64,000 bases of DNA, from positions 256,589-320,588 of the forward strand of contig JBAZXP010000001.1 of the NCBI GenBank assembly GCA_041659805.1. Reading direction: 5' to 3'. The notes below the pieces were generated by a model. That model was not told the origin of the DNA and ran no database searches. It worked only from the letters and a program-made list of their open reading frames with translations. Source of the DNA: Microgenomates group bacterium (lineage in GTDB: Bacteria > Patescibacteriota > Microgenomatia > Daviesbacterales > UBA10151). The position numbers and the translations under genes were made by a program. The stretch's first letter is position 1, and each line of letters starts with the position of its first letter. Positions 29,245 through 38,875 of this stretch are shown one piece after another.

Positions 29245-30486
29245 ATGGCAATACAAGCTAGAACAGAATTTGCAGCTGCTTTAAACCAATTAGCCTCTGA
29301 AAAAGGGGTTGATGTTAACGTGGTTGTTGAAGCAATCCAACAGGCAGCCTTGGCTGCTTATAGAAAAGATTTATCTTTAAGAGGTATTGAAATCCCAGAA
29401 GATTTTGATGATTTTACCGCTGCAATTAATCCTGCATCCGGTGAAATTTCTATTATGAAAGGGGATGAAAATATTACTCCTCCAGGTTTTGCCAGAATTG
29501 CTGCACAAACTGCAAAACAGGTAATTTTGCAAAGACTTCATGAAGCTGAAAAAGATGCAATTTCAGATGAATATGAGAAAAAAGTAGGCACAATTATTTC
29601 AGGAACAATCCAGAGACAAGAAGGTAATACTTATTTTGTAGATTTAGGCAGAGCAGAAGGTCTTTTCCCAATTTCTGAGCAAACCAGAGACGAATATTAT
29701 CATCAAGGTCAGAGAATGAAATTCCTGATTAAGGAAATTAGAGAAGGTAGACATGGACCGGAAGTTGTTTTAAGTAGATCAGATGTGAATTTGGTTAAAG
29801 GTTTGTTTGCTCTGGAAGTACCTGAAGTTCAAACAGGATCAGTAGTTATTAAAGATGTAGCTAGAGAAGCAGGATCCAGAACTAAAATCTCAGCTGTTTC
29901 AACACAAGAAGGTGTTGATCCTGTCGGATCACTCGTCGGTCAAAAAGGCGTGAGAGTTCAGGCCGTGATGAATGAACTGGGAGAAGAGAGAATTGATATT
30001 ATTTCTTATTCTGAGGATCCAATAAAATATATTGCTTCAGCCCTGAGCCCTGCAAAAGAAGTAACAGTTAGAATTGAAGAGGTGGAAGGTGAAAAATTGG
30101 CCAAAGTAAAAGTCCCAAACATGCAACTATCATTGGCTATTGGAAAAGGTGGTCAAAATGTAAGACTTGCAGCCAGACTGACAGGTTGGAAGATTGATAT
30201 TGAAGGCTTGGAGGATTTAAGAGAACAAAAAGAGGCTGAAATAGAAAAGTTGAAAGAAGAAAAAGCAAAAGAACCTGATGCAGAAGAGGAAGCTGAAAAC
30301 CGGAAAGAAGTAGTTGAGGCTGTTGAAGAAGAAATTGATAAAGCTGTAACAGAAGAATCAGTTGATAATGCAATAGAATCGGAACCAACAGCAGAAGAGG
30401 CTGCTCCTGCAGCAGCACAAGCTGAAGCAGACATGGAAGAAACTGATAAACAGGCTGAAACTGAAGAAAAAAAGAATAATGAATAA
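29245..30486 (+). CDS. nusA: Transcription termination/antitermination factor NusA.
   Basis: The N-terminus aligns to the NusA NTD (EFAAALNQLASEKGV...EAIQQAALAAYRK), followed by S1 and KH domains and an acidic tail. The ATG at 29245 is preferred over the GTG at 29215. Confidence 0.85.
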   Translation: MAIQARTEFAAALNQLASEKGVDVNVVVEAIQQAALAAYRKDLSLRGIEIPEDFDDFTAAINPASGEISIMKGDENITPPGFARIAAQTAKQVILQRLHEAEKDAISDEYEKKVGTIISGTIQRQEGNTYFVDLGRAEGLFPISEQTRDEYYHQGQRMKFLIKEIREGRHGPEVVLSRSDVNLVKGLFALEVPEVQTGSVVIKDVAREAGSRTKISAVSTQEGVDPVGSLVGQKGVRVQAVMNELGEERIDIISYSEDPIKYIASALSPAKEVTVRIEEVEGEKLAKVKVPNMQLSLAIGKGGQNVRLAARLTGWKIDIEGLEDLREQKEAEIEKLKEEKAKEPDAEEEAENRKEVVEAVEEEIDKAVTEESVDNAIESEPTAEEAAPAAAQAEADMEETDKQAETEEKKNNE

Positions 30487-30523
30487 AGTTTAACTTTAAA
30501 TTCAAATTCTTAAATTTTTCGGG

Positions 30524-30546
30524 ACCGCCTGATAGGCGGTTTTTTG
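30524..30546 (+). terminator. Rho-independent terminator after nusA.
   Basis: Hairpin ACCGCCT-GAT-AGGCGGT followed by TTTTTT. Confidence 0.6.
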
Positions 30547-30562
30547 ATTTTAAAGGAGAAAA

Positions 30563-30979
30563 ATGATAGAAAAGTTAAAGCAGATAGATGAAATTTTAGA
30601 TCCTAATAGAGGAAAACTGGTTAGAGATAAGATACCTTCTGGGGACCCAAATAAATATGATATTGGTTCGTCCCAAGTTTTGGAACCATTGGAATTGAAG
30701 ATAATCGCTGCGGCAAATAAATTAAGAGAGGAAAGCGGAGAGGTGCTGGAAGCGGCGCGACAATGGGTAGCCGGCGGGACAAACCAGGACCAGGATCGGG
30801 ATAAGCTATTAGAAGAACTGGCAGATGTAAAGGAGGTTTTATTAGTAGCTACACGAATTAGTGGATTTAGTGAAGAAGATCTGGAGGAAAAAAGAAAATG
30901 GAAAGAGGCAAAAAATGGCGGTTTTGAAAAATGGCTTTTTATGAATTCTAAAAGGAGGAAAGATGGCACAGGAATTTAG
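30563..30979 (+). CDS. MazG/HisE-like nucleoside triphosphate pyrophosphohydrolase-domain protein.
   Basis: KLVRDKIP and EELADVKEVLL motifs typical of the MazG all-alpha NTP-PPase family. Shine-Dalgarno sequence AAGGAG. Confidence 0.5.
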   Translation: MIEKLKQIDEILDPNRGKLVRDKIPSGDPNKYDIGSSQVLEPLELKIIAAANKLREESGEVLEAARQWVAGGTNQDQDRDKLLEELADVKEVLLVATRISGFSEEDLEEKRKWKEAKNGGFEKWLFMNSKRRKDGTGI

Positions 30980-32417
30980 ACCACCGGTTGTAACAATTTT
31001 AGGCCATGTTGATCATGGTAAAACTACCTTGCTCGATTATATCCGCAAAACCAGAGTGGCAGCAGGTGAACACGGCGGAATTACTCAGGCAATTGGTGCC
31101 TATCAGGTGGAAGCTGAAGGGAAATTAATTACTTTTATTGATACCCCTGGTCATGCTGCTTTTGAAAAAATGAGATCTAGGGGAGCAGAAGCTGCTGATA
31201 TTTCAGTACTCGTGGTAGCAGCAGATGACGGAATTATGCCTCAAACAATTGAAGCAATAAAACATATCCAAAAAGCCTTAACCCCCATGATTGTGGCTGT
31301 AAACAAGACTGATATTCCTGGGTTAGATATTAAAGCCACTGTAGAAAAAATTAAAAGACAATTATCTGATCAAAAAGTTTTAGTGGAAGAATATGGTGGA
31401 GATGTACCAATTGTCCAAATTTCTGCCAAAACAGGAGCAGGTGTGCCAGAATTATTAGAAACCATTAATCTGGTAGCAGAAATGAATGAATTTAAAGGAG
31501 ACCCTGCAAAACCTGCAACAGGAGTAATTTTAGAAGCTAATTTGGATAAATCAAAAGGATCTGTGGCCACAGTCTTAGTCAGAAACGGATCTTTGAAAAA
31601 AGGTGATGTAATAAAAGCAGGAAATGCAACGGGCAAGGTAAGAGGAATGTTTAATTTTGCAGGAAAACCAGTTGATGTAGCCAACCCATCAACCCCAGTT
31701 GAAGTTTTGGGTTTTGAAACAGTGCCTTCTGTTGGAGCAAAAGTTAATGAAATAGAAGAAGAAAAAGAAGAAATAAAGAGGAAATTTTCCACACTGGTTG
31801 AAAAGCTAAAAAATAATCAGGAAGAGTTATTAACTGTGGTGATAAAGGCAGATAAACAGGGTTCAGTTGAGGCTGTCAGGGATATTTTGGAAAAATCAAA
31901 TGTAGATAAAGAACATTTAAGAATTATTGCTGCAGGAACAGGAGATATTACAGATTCAGATGTAGAGATGGCCCAGGGAGCAAAAGGAATTGTAATTGGT
32001 TTTAATGTAAAAGTTTTGCCAACAGCCCAAAGAATTGCAGATCAGGAAAGAATTTTAATCAGACTTTATAACATAATTTATGAGTTGGCAGATGAGATGG
32101 AGGATGTGGTGGAAACTATGCTTAAACCAGGTGTGGTGGAAGAAGTTTTTGGCAGAGCCCAAATCATTGCAGAATTTCCTTTTGGTAAGAATGAAAAAAT
32201 TGCAGGATGTAAAGTGGTAGAAGGAGTGATTTCTAAGGGTCCAAAAATTAGGATTGTCAGGAAAGATGAAGTTGTTTATGAAGGTAAATTAAAATCAATT
32301 AAAAAGGTTAAAGATGAAGTACCAAAAGTAGAAAAGGGAACAGAATGTGGAATGATGTTTGATCCTATTTTTGATTTTAATATAGGTGACATCATTGAAT
32401 CTTACAGAGTTTATTAA
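30963..32417 (+). CDS. infB: Translation initiation factor IF-2, a compact form lacking the N-terminal extension.
   Basis: ILGHVDHGKTTLLDYIRKT, DTPGHAAF, NKTD, and the IF2 C-terminal beta-barrels. Shine-Dalgarno sequence AGGAGG. Confidence 0.9.
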   Translation: MAQEFRPPVVTILGHVDHGKTTLLDYIRKTRVAAGEHGGITQAIGAYQVEAEGKLITFIDTPGHAAFEKMRSRGAEAADISVLVVAADDGIMPQTIEAIKHIQKALTPMIVAVNKTDIPGLDIKATVEKIKRQLSDQKVLVEEYGGDVPIVQISAKTGAGVPELLETINLVAEMNEFKGDPAKPATGVILEANLDKSKGSVATVLVRNGSLKKGDVIKAGNATGKVRGMFNFAGKPVDVANPSTPVEVLGFETVPSVGAKVNEIEEEKEEIKRKFSTLVEKLKNNQEELLTVVIKADKQGSVEAVRDILEKSNVDKEHLRIIAAGTGDITDSDVEMAQGAKGIVIGFNVKVLPTAQRIADQERILIRLYNIIYELADEMEDVVETMLKPGVVEEVFGRAQIIAEFPFGKNEKIAGCKVVEGVISKGPKIRIVRKDEVVYEGKLKSIKKVKDEVPKVEKGTECGMMFDPIFDFNIGDIIESYRVY

Positions 32418-32455
32418 GAACTATTGTAAGAATCTCGTTGTATGTTATTATCTAA

Positions 32456-32809
32456 ATGATGAATGAAGCGAGAACTTCAGACTATCATTTCAAAGACTTC
32501 AGGCCGGAAATGAAATTATTCCCGGATTTAATACCATTTGTAGGACTAATAACTGTGGCGGAGAGAGAACGTCGAAGAGAAAATGAATCTGCAAAAAGTT
32601 TTTATTTATTAGATTTTTTGAAAATGACAAAAAAAGATGTTTTAATGCTTGGTGTTGCTAATTGGTCTGAGTCAACTTCAAGGGAAGCATTTATCAGATC
32701 TCTTGTTTTAGCCGGGAGAAATGTCCTTTTTCCTTCATACCATCTTTTATTTGTTCCCATTGCTGCGATAGAAGTTGCTCGTTCATTAAGTTCATTAATT
32801 GGTAAATAA
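32456..32809 (+). CDS. Hypothetical protein (117 aa).
   Basis: ORF with no recognised motifs. Confidence 0.3.
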   Translation: MMNEARTSDYHFKDFRPEMKLFPDLIPFVGLITVAERERRRENESAKSFYLLDFLKMTKKDVLMLGVANWSESTSREAFIRSLVLAGRNVLFPSYHLLFVPIAAIEVARSLSSLIGK

Positions 32810-32817
32810 ATTTAAGA

Positions 32818-33309
32818 GTGAATATATCCAAACAAAAACAATCTTTGAGACAAGCTACTTCTTGTTTTCTAATTAAAGATAATAAAGTGCTTTTGGCTAT
32901 GAAAAAACGGGGATTTGGGGTGGGTAAGTGGAATGGGCCTGGGGGGAAACCAAATCCAGAGGAGAGCATAGAAGAAACTGCTGTTAGGGAAACATATGAG
33001 GAAATAGGGGTGACTATTAAAACGTTTGATAGAGTTGCTACTTTGGATTTTTTCTTTCCTTCAGATAAAGAGAAACATGGCTGGAATCAACAGGTTTGTG
33101 TTTATTTGGTTAAGTCTTGGGAAGGGGAACCAACAGAAACAGAAGAAATGATGCCTAAGTGGTTTAAATTTTCTGAAATTCCCTATAAAGATATGTGGGT
33201 AGATGATATTTACTGGTTACCACAAGTATTAAAGGGCAAAAAACTCAAAGGAACTTTTACTTTTGCTTCTGATGAATCCTTGCAGAATTTTGAAGTAATT
33301 GAAATTTAA
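32818..33309 (+). CDS. NUDIX hydrolase (MutT-like).
   Basis: Nudix box GGKPNPEESIEETAVRETYEEIGV. Confidence 0.7.
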   Translation: MNISKQKQSLRQATSCFLIKDNKVLLAMKKRGFGVGKWNGPGGKPNPEESIEETAVRETYEEIGVTIKTFDRVATLDFFFPSDKEKHGWNQQVCVYLVKSWEGEPTETEEMMPKWFKFSEIPYKDMWVDDIYWLPQVLKGKKLKGTFTFASDESLQNFEVIEI

Positions 33310-33353
33310 CACCCAAACTTGATTATTATGGGGTATTTTGATAGAATCCTTTC

Positions 33354-34442
33354 ATGAAATATGATCTTCAGGTTTCCCAAATTCAACCCGTTATAACTGG
33401 TGCTCAGAGTATCCTTATTGCTATTCCAACCGATGTAACAATCGATCGTTTGGCCTCAGGTTTAGCTTTATATTTATCTTTAAAAATTGCTGGAAAAAAT
33501 GTAGGAATTGTGACAGATGGTGTATTAACTGTAGGTTTTACTCATCTTTTTGGAATTGGAAATGTTAAAAATACTTTGCCACAAAATTCTTCAGGTAATT
33601 ACACTATCACTTTAGGAAATGTAGTTGGATCTGACGGATTGATTCCTTCTTTACAAAACCTGGATTGGGCTCCCACAGGACAAACAAAATCAGATTTAAA
33701 ATTAACCTTTCATGTGAATTCTGGTCAAAAATTTGAACCTACTTTTGTAAACCCTGCTCATGAAGGCGGAAATTTTGATTTAATTATTACCCTGGGTGCT
33801 AATACCTGGTTATCTTTAGGCAGTATTTATGCCAATAACTCTCAGGTCTTTGCCAACACCACCGTTTTAAATATAGATAACCAGCCTGAAAATACCAATT
33901 TTGGACAGTTAAACTTAGTTGACGGGGGAAATTCTTTATCAGAAATAATTGGTTTAATTTTGCCTGGATTAAATTTGCCATATGAGGCTGATACAGCCAG
34001 CAATATTATTGCAGGTTTGTATGATGTAACAAACGGCTTGCAAACTGCTAGTGCAGATACATATGAAGTGATGGCACAAGCCCTAAGAGTTGGCGGTCAG
34101 AAACCATCCGGTATTTCAAATACTGCTCCGATGTCTGAACCAGTAGCTCAAGCAGCTTCTACGACCGGGATGCCGCCGGTATGGGCAGAAGCCCCAGTTC
34201 CAGTTGCTGCACCTGCCCCGGTTCAACCAGAGCCAGCCCCACAGGGATTTAATATTAGTCCATTTTTAAATCCTCAGAATTTCTCTGTTGAAGTTGCCCC
34301 AGATTCAAACCCACAACCACAAGTACAACCAGAAGAACATCAATCCGCAGAAGAAGTGCCAATGGGCGAACAAGCACAAACAGCTAATCCTGAAGCTGAC
34401 TGGTTAACACCTAAAATCTTCAAAAGCAGCAAAATAGGTTAA
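33354..34442 (+). CDS. DHH-phosphoesterase-like (NrnA-like) protein with degenerate catalytic motifs and a Pro-rich tail.
   Basis: ILIAIPTDVTIDRLASGLALYLSLKIAGKNVGIV parallels the DHH motif I region (H..PDGDA.GS), but His and Asp are replaced. DLIITLG and NIDNQ stand in for DxxIxxD and IDHH. Confidence 0.35.
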   Translation: MKYDLQVSQIQPVITGAQSILIAIPTDVTIDRLASGLALYLSLKIAGKNVGIVTDGVLTVGFTHLFGIGNVKNTLPQNSSGNYTITLGNVVGSDGLIPSLQNLDWAPTGQTKSDLKLTFHVNSGQKFEPTFVNPAHEGGNFDLIITLGANTWLSLGSIYANNSQVFANTTVLNIDNQPENTNFGQLNLVDGGNSLSEIIGLILPGLNLPYEADTASNIIAGLYDVTNGLQTASADTYEVMAQALRVGGQKPSGISNTAPMSEPVAQAASTTGMPPVWAEAPVPVAAPAPVQPEPAPQGFNISPFLNPQNFSVEVAPDSNPQPQVQPEEHQSAEEVPMGEQAQTANPEADWLTPKIFKSSKIG

Positions 34443-34472
34443 GTCTACCCCTTGCAGAAAAAGTCAAATTTT

Positions 34473-34522
34473 GGTAAACTTCGAGTTGTCATAAAGGTTT
34501 ACTTCAGGCACCGAGGTAAACC
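34473..34522 (+). promoter_or_regulatory. Candidate rpsO leader with alternative hairpins.
   Basis: GGTAAAC at 34473-34479 and GGTAAACC at 34515-34522 are both complementary to the central GGTTTAC at 34496-34502. A possible promoter reads TTGCAG, 17-nt spacer, TAAACT (34452-34480). Confidence 0.3.
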
Positions 34523-34541
34523 CACAGAAAGATAAAAAAAG

Positions 34542-34811
34542 ATGCCTTTAGATATAAAATCAAAACAACAAATTATAGAAGAGTTTGCCACTCACAAAGG
34601 GGATACTGGTTCTCCAGAAGTCCAGGCAGCGCTCCTTACAGAACAAGTAAAAAATTTAACAGCCCATTTAAAAGAACACCCACATGATATTCATTCCAGA
34701 AGAGGACTTTTGTCCATGGTTAACCGCAGAAGAAGATTATTACAATACCTTTTGAAAAAGGATAACGAAAGATACCAAGCCCTAATTGGAAAATTAGGAT
34801 TGAGTAAATAA
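34542..34811 (+). CDS. rpsO: 30S ribosomal protein S15.
   Basis: 89 aa. Family-typical [16 protein letters not shown]...RRRRLLQYL. Confidence 0.9.
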   Translation: MPLDIKSKQQIIEEFATHKGDTGSPEVQAALLTEQVKNLTAHLKEHPHDIHSRRGLLSMVNRRRRLLQYLLKKDNERYQALIGKLGLSK

Positions 34812-34926
34812 CTCGGATAGTGTATAATACTTTTCAGGTGAAGGATTTGAGATTGCAAAGAGAGAATTAGAAAAGCTAATTACCTCTTCTACAGTTTCCA
34901 ATCCCCACCAGAATTTAAAATTTAAT

Positions 34927-37122
34927 ATGCAAAAATCAAAAACTATAACCAGGGAACTGGAATTAAACGGCCGCAAGTTAACACTTGAAACAGGCTACTT
35001 AGCTCAAGCTGCAGATGCTGCAGTTTTGGCAACGTGGGGAGAAACAGTTATCTTAGCAACAGTGGCTGCCAAACCTTTATCTTCTGACCCTGGATATTTT
35101 CCACTCTCTGTTGAATATGTTGAAAAATATTATGCCTCAGGTAGAATTACTGCACAAAAGTTTATCAAGCGTGAAACCAGACCTCCTGAGGATGCAGTAC
35201 TGGCAGGAAGAGCAATTGATAGGGCAATCAGACCACTATTCCCACATGATTTTCCTTATGAAGTTCAACTTATTGTAAATGTTCTGTCTTATGACGGAGA
35301 CAATGATCCTGTCACACTTGGGTTTATTGCGTCAGCTGCTGCAATTTCTATTTCATCTGTACCTTTTGCAGGTCCAATGGGAACTGTGCGGGTAGGCATG
35401 ATTAATGGTGAATTTGTAGTTAACCCAAAGATCCCTGAATATGAATTATTAGATTTGAATCTACTTGTGGCTTCCACTAAAGAAAAAGTTGCCATGATCG
35501 AAACTGAAGCAAAAGAGATTGAAGATAAAGTTGTTTTTGAAGGAATCAAAAAAGCCCACGAAGAAGCACAAAAAATCGTTGATTTAATAACTGATTTAGA
35601 AAAAGAAATCGGCAAGCCAAAAGTTGTTTTTAATTCACTCGCAGAGTCTGTAGAAGAAGCAGTGATGAAAGAGGTAAAAACAGAAGTTAGAACTAAAATT
35701 CAAGCAGCCTTATCTGATCCTACAAATCCATGGCATGAGGCAACAGGGGATATTATCAAAGATGAGCTAGCTCTTAAATATTCTGATACTTTATCTTCAA
35801 CAATCCTGCGGGGTATTTTTGATAAAGTTGCCAAAGAACTGATGAACGATTTGATCTTAAATCAAGGCAAAAGAGTTGACGGCAGAGCAATGACAGATGT
35901 CCGCCCAATTGAGATTAAAGTCGGATTACTCCCAAGAGCACATGGATCAGCCGTATTTCAGAGAGGTTCTACTCAAGTTATGTCAATTGCAACCTTAGGT
36001 CCGCTATCTTTGTCACAAACCTTAGAAGGAATGACAGGAGAGCATAAAAAGAAATTTATGCATCACTACAATATGGGTATCAATCCTTTCTCAGTTGGTG
36101 ATGTTAAAAGAATCGGATCTCCAAACAGACGGGATATTGGTCACGGAGCATTAGTTGAAAAATCTTTGGTTAATGTTATCCCAACAAACGAAGATTTTCC
36201 TTATGCAGTCAGAGTTGTTTCAGAAGTATTAGCAGCAAATGCTTCCACTTCCCAAGCAGCTTTATGTGCTTCTACCCTAGCTTTACTTAATGCCGGAGTT
36301 AAAATCAAAAACCCTGTTGCAGGTATAGCTCTTGGGCTTTTATCCAATGATGAAAAATTCCAAGTTATAACTGACATGCAGGCTGTGGAAGATTTTTACG
36401 GTCAAATGGATTTTAAAGTTGCCGGAACTGTCAAAGGTGTGACAGCCATTCAAATGGATACCAAATTACATGGTTTAACTTTTGAAATCATTGAAGAAGC
36501 CTTAAAGCAAGGAAAGGCTGCCAGACTCTTTATTCTAGAAGCAATCAATAAAGCAATTCCTGAGGCTGGTGCAATGTCTAAATATGCACCAAAGATTCAA
36601 ATCACTCATATTAAGCCTGAAAGTATTGGTATGTTAATCGGACCTGGTGGTAAAAATATTAATGCCATCATTGCCAGAACCGGTGCTCAAATTGATATTG
36701 AAGATGACGGAATGGTTATGGTTTCCTCAACTGATGATGAAGCAATTAAAGCTGCTATTTCTGAAATTGACGGAATGTTCAAAGAAATTCAAGTTGGTGA
36801 AATTTATGAAGGTAAAGTTGTAAAACTTGCCACTTTTGGAGCTTTTGTAGAAATTCTACCAGGCAGAGACGGGTTAGTACATGTATCCCAAATGGCATCA
36901 GAGCGAGTTGAGGATCCAGCAGATGTAGTGTCAGAAGGCCAAACAGTCAAAGTAAGAGTTACTGATGTTGATTCTTCTGGCAAGATTGGTTTGTCTATGT
37001 TATTTGGTGAACAAATAAAACCAGATTCTGAGAGAAGACCTTCAGGTGGAGGAAATAATAGACGCGATTTTGGTGGTGGACAACGCCGTGAATTCGGTAA
37101 TTCTGACAGACGCCGAAGATAA
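34927..37122 (+). CDS. pnp: Polyribonucleotide nucleotidyltransferase (PNPase).
   Basis: Two RNase PH domains, KH and S1 domains, and an RG-rich tail. Follows rpsO as usual. Confidence 0.95.
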   Translation: MQKSKTITRELELNGRKLTLETGYLAQAADAAVLATWGETVILATVAAKPLSSDPGYFPLSVEYVEKYYASGRITAQKFIKRETRPPEDAVLAGRAIDRAIRPLFPHDFPYEVQLIVNVLSYDGDNDPVTLGFIASAAAISISSVPFAGPMGTVRVGMINGEFVVNPKIPEYELLDLNLLVASTKEKVAMIETEAKEIEDKVVFEGIKKAHEEAQKIVDLITDLEKEIGKPKVVFNSLAESVEEAVMKEVKTEVRTKIQAALSDPTNPWHEATGDIIKDELALKYSDTLSSTILRGIFDKVAKELMNDLILNQGKRVDGRAMTDVRPIEIKVGLLPRAHGSAVFQRGSTQVMSIATLGPLSLSQTLEGMTGEHKKKFMHHYNMGINPFSVGDVKRIGSPNRRDIGHGALVEKSLVNVIPTNEDFPYAVRVVSEVLAANASTSQAALCASTLALLNAGVKIKNPVAGIALGLLSNDEKFQVITDMQAVEDFYGQMDFKVAGTVKGVTAIQMDTKLHGLTFEIIEEALKQGKAARLFILEAINKAIPEAGAMSKYAPKIQITHIKPESIGMLIGPGGKNINAIIARTGAQIDIEDDGMVMVSSTDDEAIKAAISEIDGMFKEIQVGEIYEGKVVKLATFGAFVEILPGRDGLVHVSQMASERVEDPADVVSEGQTVKVRVTDVDSSGKIGLSMLFGEQIKPDSERRPSGGGNNRRDFGGGQRREFGNSDRRRR

Positions 37123-37133
37123 ATAGATTTTTT

Positions 37134-37829
37134 ATGCGAGGTTTCTTTTCCAAAGAAAAAATTGTGCTCGGCACTCTAATATTAGTGCTCGTAACTTTAA
37201 CCGCTTTCATCTTTTTCCGTTTTAGATTGACAGATACCGGATTAGTTTCAGCTAAAGAATTTTATTCAGACATGCAGAGATCCTTAAATCCGTCCCAGAT
37301 AAGTGTAATTTCTGATAAAGGTGATCTGAAAATAAAAGTTAAAGTTGTTCCAGCAGACGCTGAAAGTTTTAAAGCATTTTTAAATAATTTAGGAGTAAGC
37401 GATTTTGGAGATCAGGAAATAGATATTAAATTGGGAGAAAGTAGCGCAGAATTTTTAGATAAAGTCTTACGTGATAATAACTTAGCTGAAAATTCATCAA
37501 AATCTATAAATTTAAACCTAAGAATTTTGTCAAAAGAAATAGATTTTGATAATAAAAAAGTATTCGGGCCATTTGATAACCCATCTGAAAATTTGTTAGA
37601 AAATCCGACAAGTACGGGGAGCATTACAACAAAGCAAGTCGGTAAGTCAGGTTTACTGATTGAAATTGATAATCCGGAAAAAGTGTTGGCAGAAAGCTCT
37701 GTTTCAGGCAAATTAAAATTATCTGATAAATTAAACGAGTCTGGATGGTGGCAAATACTTCCCAAATTAGCTAAAATTAATTTAAAAGTAGATGATGGAG
37801 TAATGACAGGAGTAATATATTTAAAATAA
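37134..37829 (+). CDS. Membrane-anchored hypothetical protein.
   Basis: N-terminal transmembrane helix followed by a hydrophilic domain. Confidence 0.4.
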   Translation: MRGFFSKEKIVLGTLILVLVTLTAFIFFRFRLTDTGLVSAKEFYSDMQRSLNPSQISVISDKGDLKIKVKVVPADAESFKAFLNNLGVSDFGDQEIDIKLGESSAEFLDKVLRDNNLAENSSKSINLNLRILSKEIDFDNKKVFGPFDNPSENLLENPTSTGSITTKQVGKSGLLIEIDNPEKVLAESSVSGKLKLSDKLNESGWWQILPKLAKINLKVDDGVMTGVIYLK

Positions 37830-37831
37830 TT

Positions 37832-38875
37832 ATGGATCAACCGCCGCCCGCAAATGATAATTTTTCAAAACTCCGACAAAAAATAAGCGAAAACAATCTT
37901 CCCTCGGATCTGGTGCTTAAGCTAAATGATGAGTTAGACCGTTTACAAAAAATGGTGGTCTCATCTGGCTATAAATTTGAATTTGATAAAGTGTTTGAAT
38001 ATATAAACTTTACGGCAAGTCTACCTTTCAATAAATCCAGCCAGGATATTTTAGATTTAAAAAGGACAGAGGCAATGTTAAATCAGCACCATTATGGTTT
38101 AAATGTAGTCAAACAAAGAGTTTTAGAATATATGTCAATTTTAATTTTGAACACTAATAAAGGAGAAAAACTAAGGTCACCGATTCTTTCTTTTGTGGGG
38201 TTAGTAGGTAGTGGTAAAACCTCTATTGCTTATTCAATTGCTGAGAGTATGGGGCGAAAAATTATCAGAATCCCATTTGGAGGTTTATCGTCTGTTCGTG
38301 ATTTAAGGGGAGAATCAAAGGTAAATTCTAATGCTGAACCGGGATTGCTTATAAAATCAATTGCCAGAGAAGGAGTGAATAATCCGGTAATTTTGCTTGA
38401 TGAAATCGACAGGGTAGCGGCAGAATCAAGGGCAGATTTGATGGGGGTTTTGGTTGAGCTTTTAGACCCCAATCAGAACTTTGCTTTTGTAGACCATTAT
38501 GTGGATTTCCCGTTTGACTTATCAAAAGCATTATTTATCGCAACAGCAAATAATACTGGCAATATTGCAACAGCAGTGCTTGATAGGATGGAAATGATTG
38601 AAATGCCGGGGTACTCCGATGAAGAGAAGATTGTGATTGGCAAGAATTATTTAATGCCTTCGATTATTAAATCGTCCGGATTGCCGGAAAATATCGTCAC
38701 AATTGATGAAACTCTTTGGCCGCAAATTGTCAGACCGTTGGGGTTTGACGCGGGGATCAGGTCGTTGCAGAGAAATATAGAAAACATTGTACGCAAAATT
38801 GCCAAAGAAGTAGTTGAGGGAAACCTGGGACCATATAGATTAACAGCAGAAAATATAGGAAAATATATAGGATGA
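37832..38875 (+). CDS. Lon-family AAA+ ATPase module without a protease domain.
   Basis: It aligns to Lon residues around the AAA+ core: Walker A GLVGSGKTS, Walker B ILLDEIDR, VELLDPNQNFAFVDHY, and sensor ATANN...LDRMEMIEMPGYSDEEK. The ORF stops after the AAA+ alpha-helical subdomain. Its stop overlaps the RNase J start (ATGA). Confidence 0.7.
   Translation: MDQPPPANDNFSKLRQKISENNLPSDLVLKLNDELDRLQKMVVSSGYKFEFDKVFEYINFTASLPFNKSSQDILDLKRTEAMLNQHHYGLNVVKQRVLEYMSILILNTNKGEKLRSPILSFVGLVGSGKTSIAYSIAESMGRKIIRIPFGGLSSVRDLRGESKVNSNAEPGLLIKSIAREGVNNPVILLDEIDRVAAESRADLMGVLVELLDPNQNFAFVDHYVDFPFDLSKALFIATANNTGNIATAVLDRMEMIEMPGYSDEEKIVIGKNYLMPSIIKSSGLPENIVTIDETLWPQIVRPLGFDAGIRSLQRNIENIVRKIAKEVVEGNLGPYRLTAENIGKYIG

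Noticed and set aside
34140-34330. Pro/Ala/Val/Gln-rich stretch (APVPVAAPAPVQPEPAPQ...) as a nucleotide repeat element.
   Set aside because: It is low-complexity coding sequence of the DHH-like protein's tail, not a DNA repeat array. There are no regular spacers.
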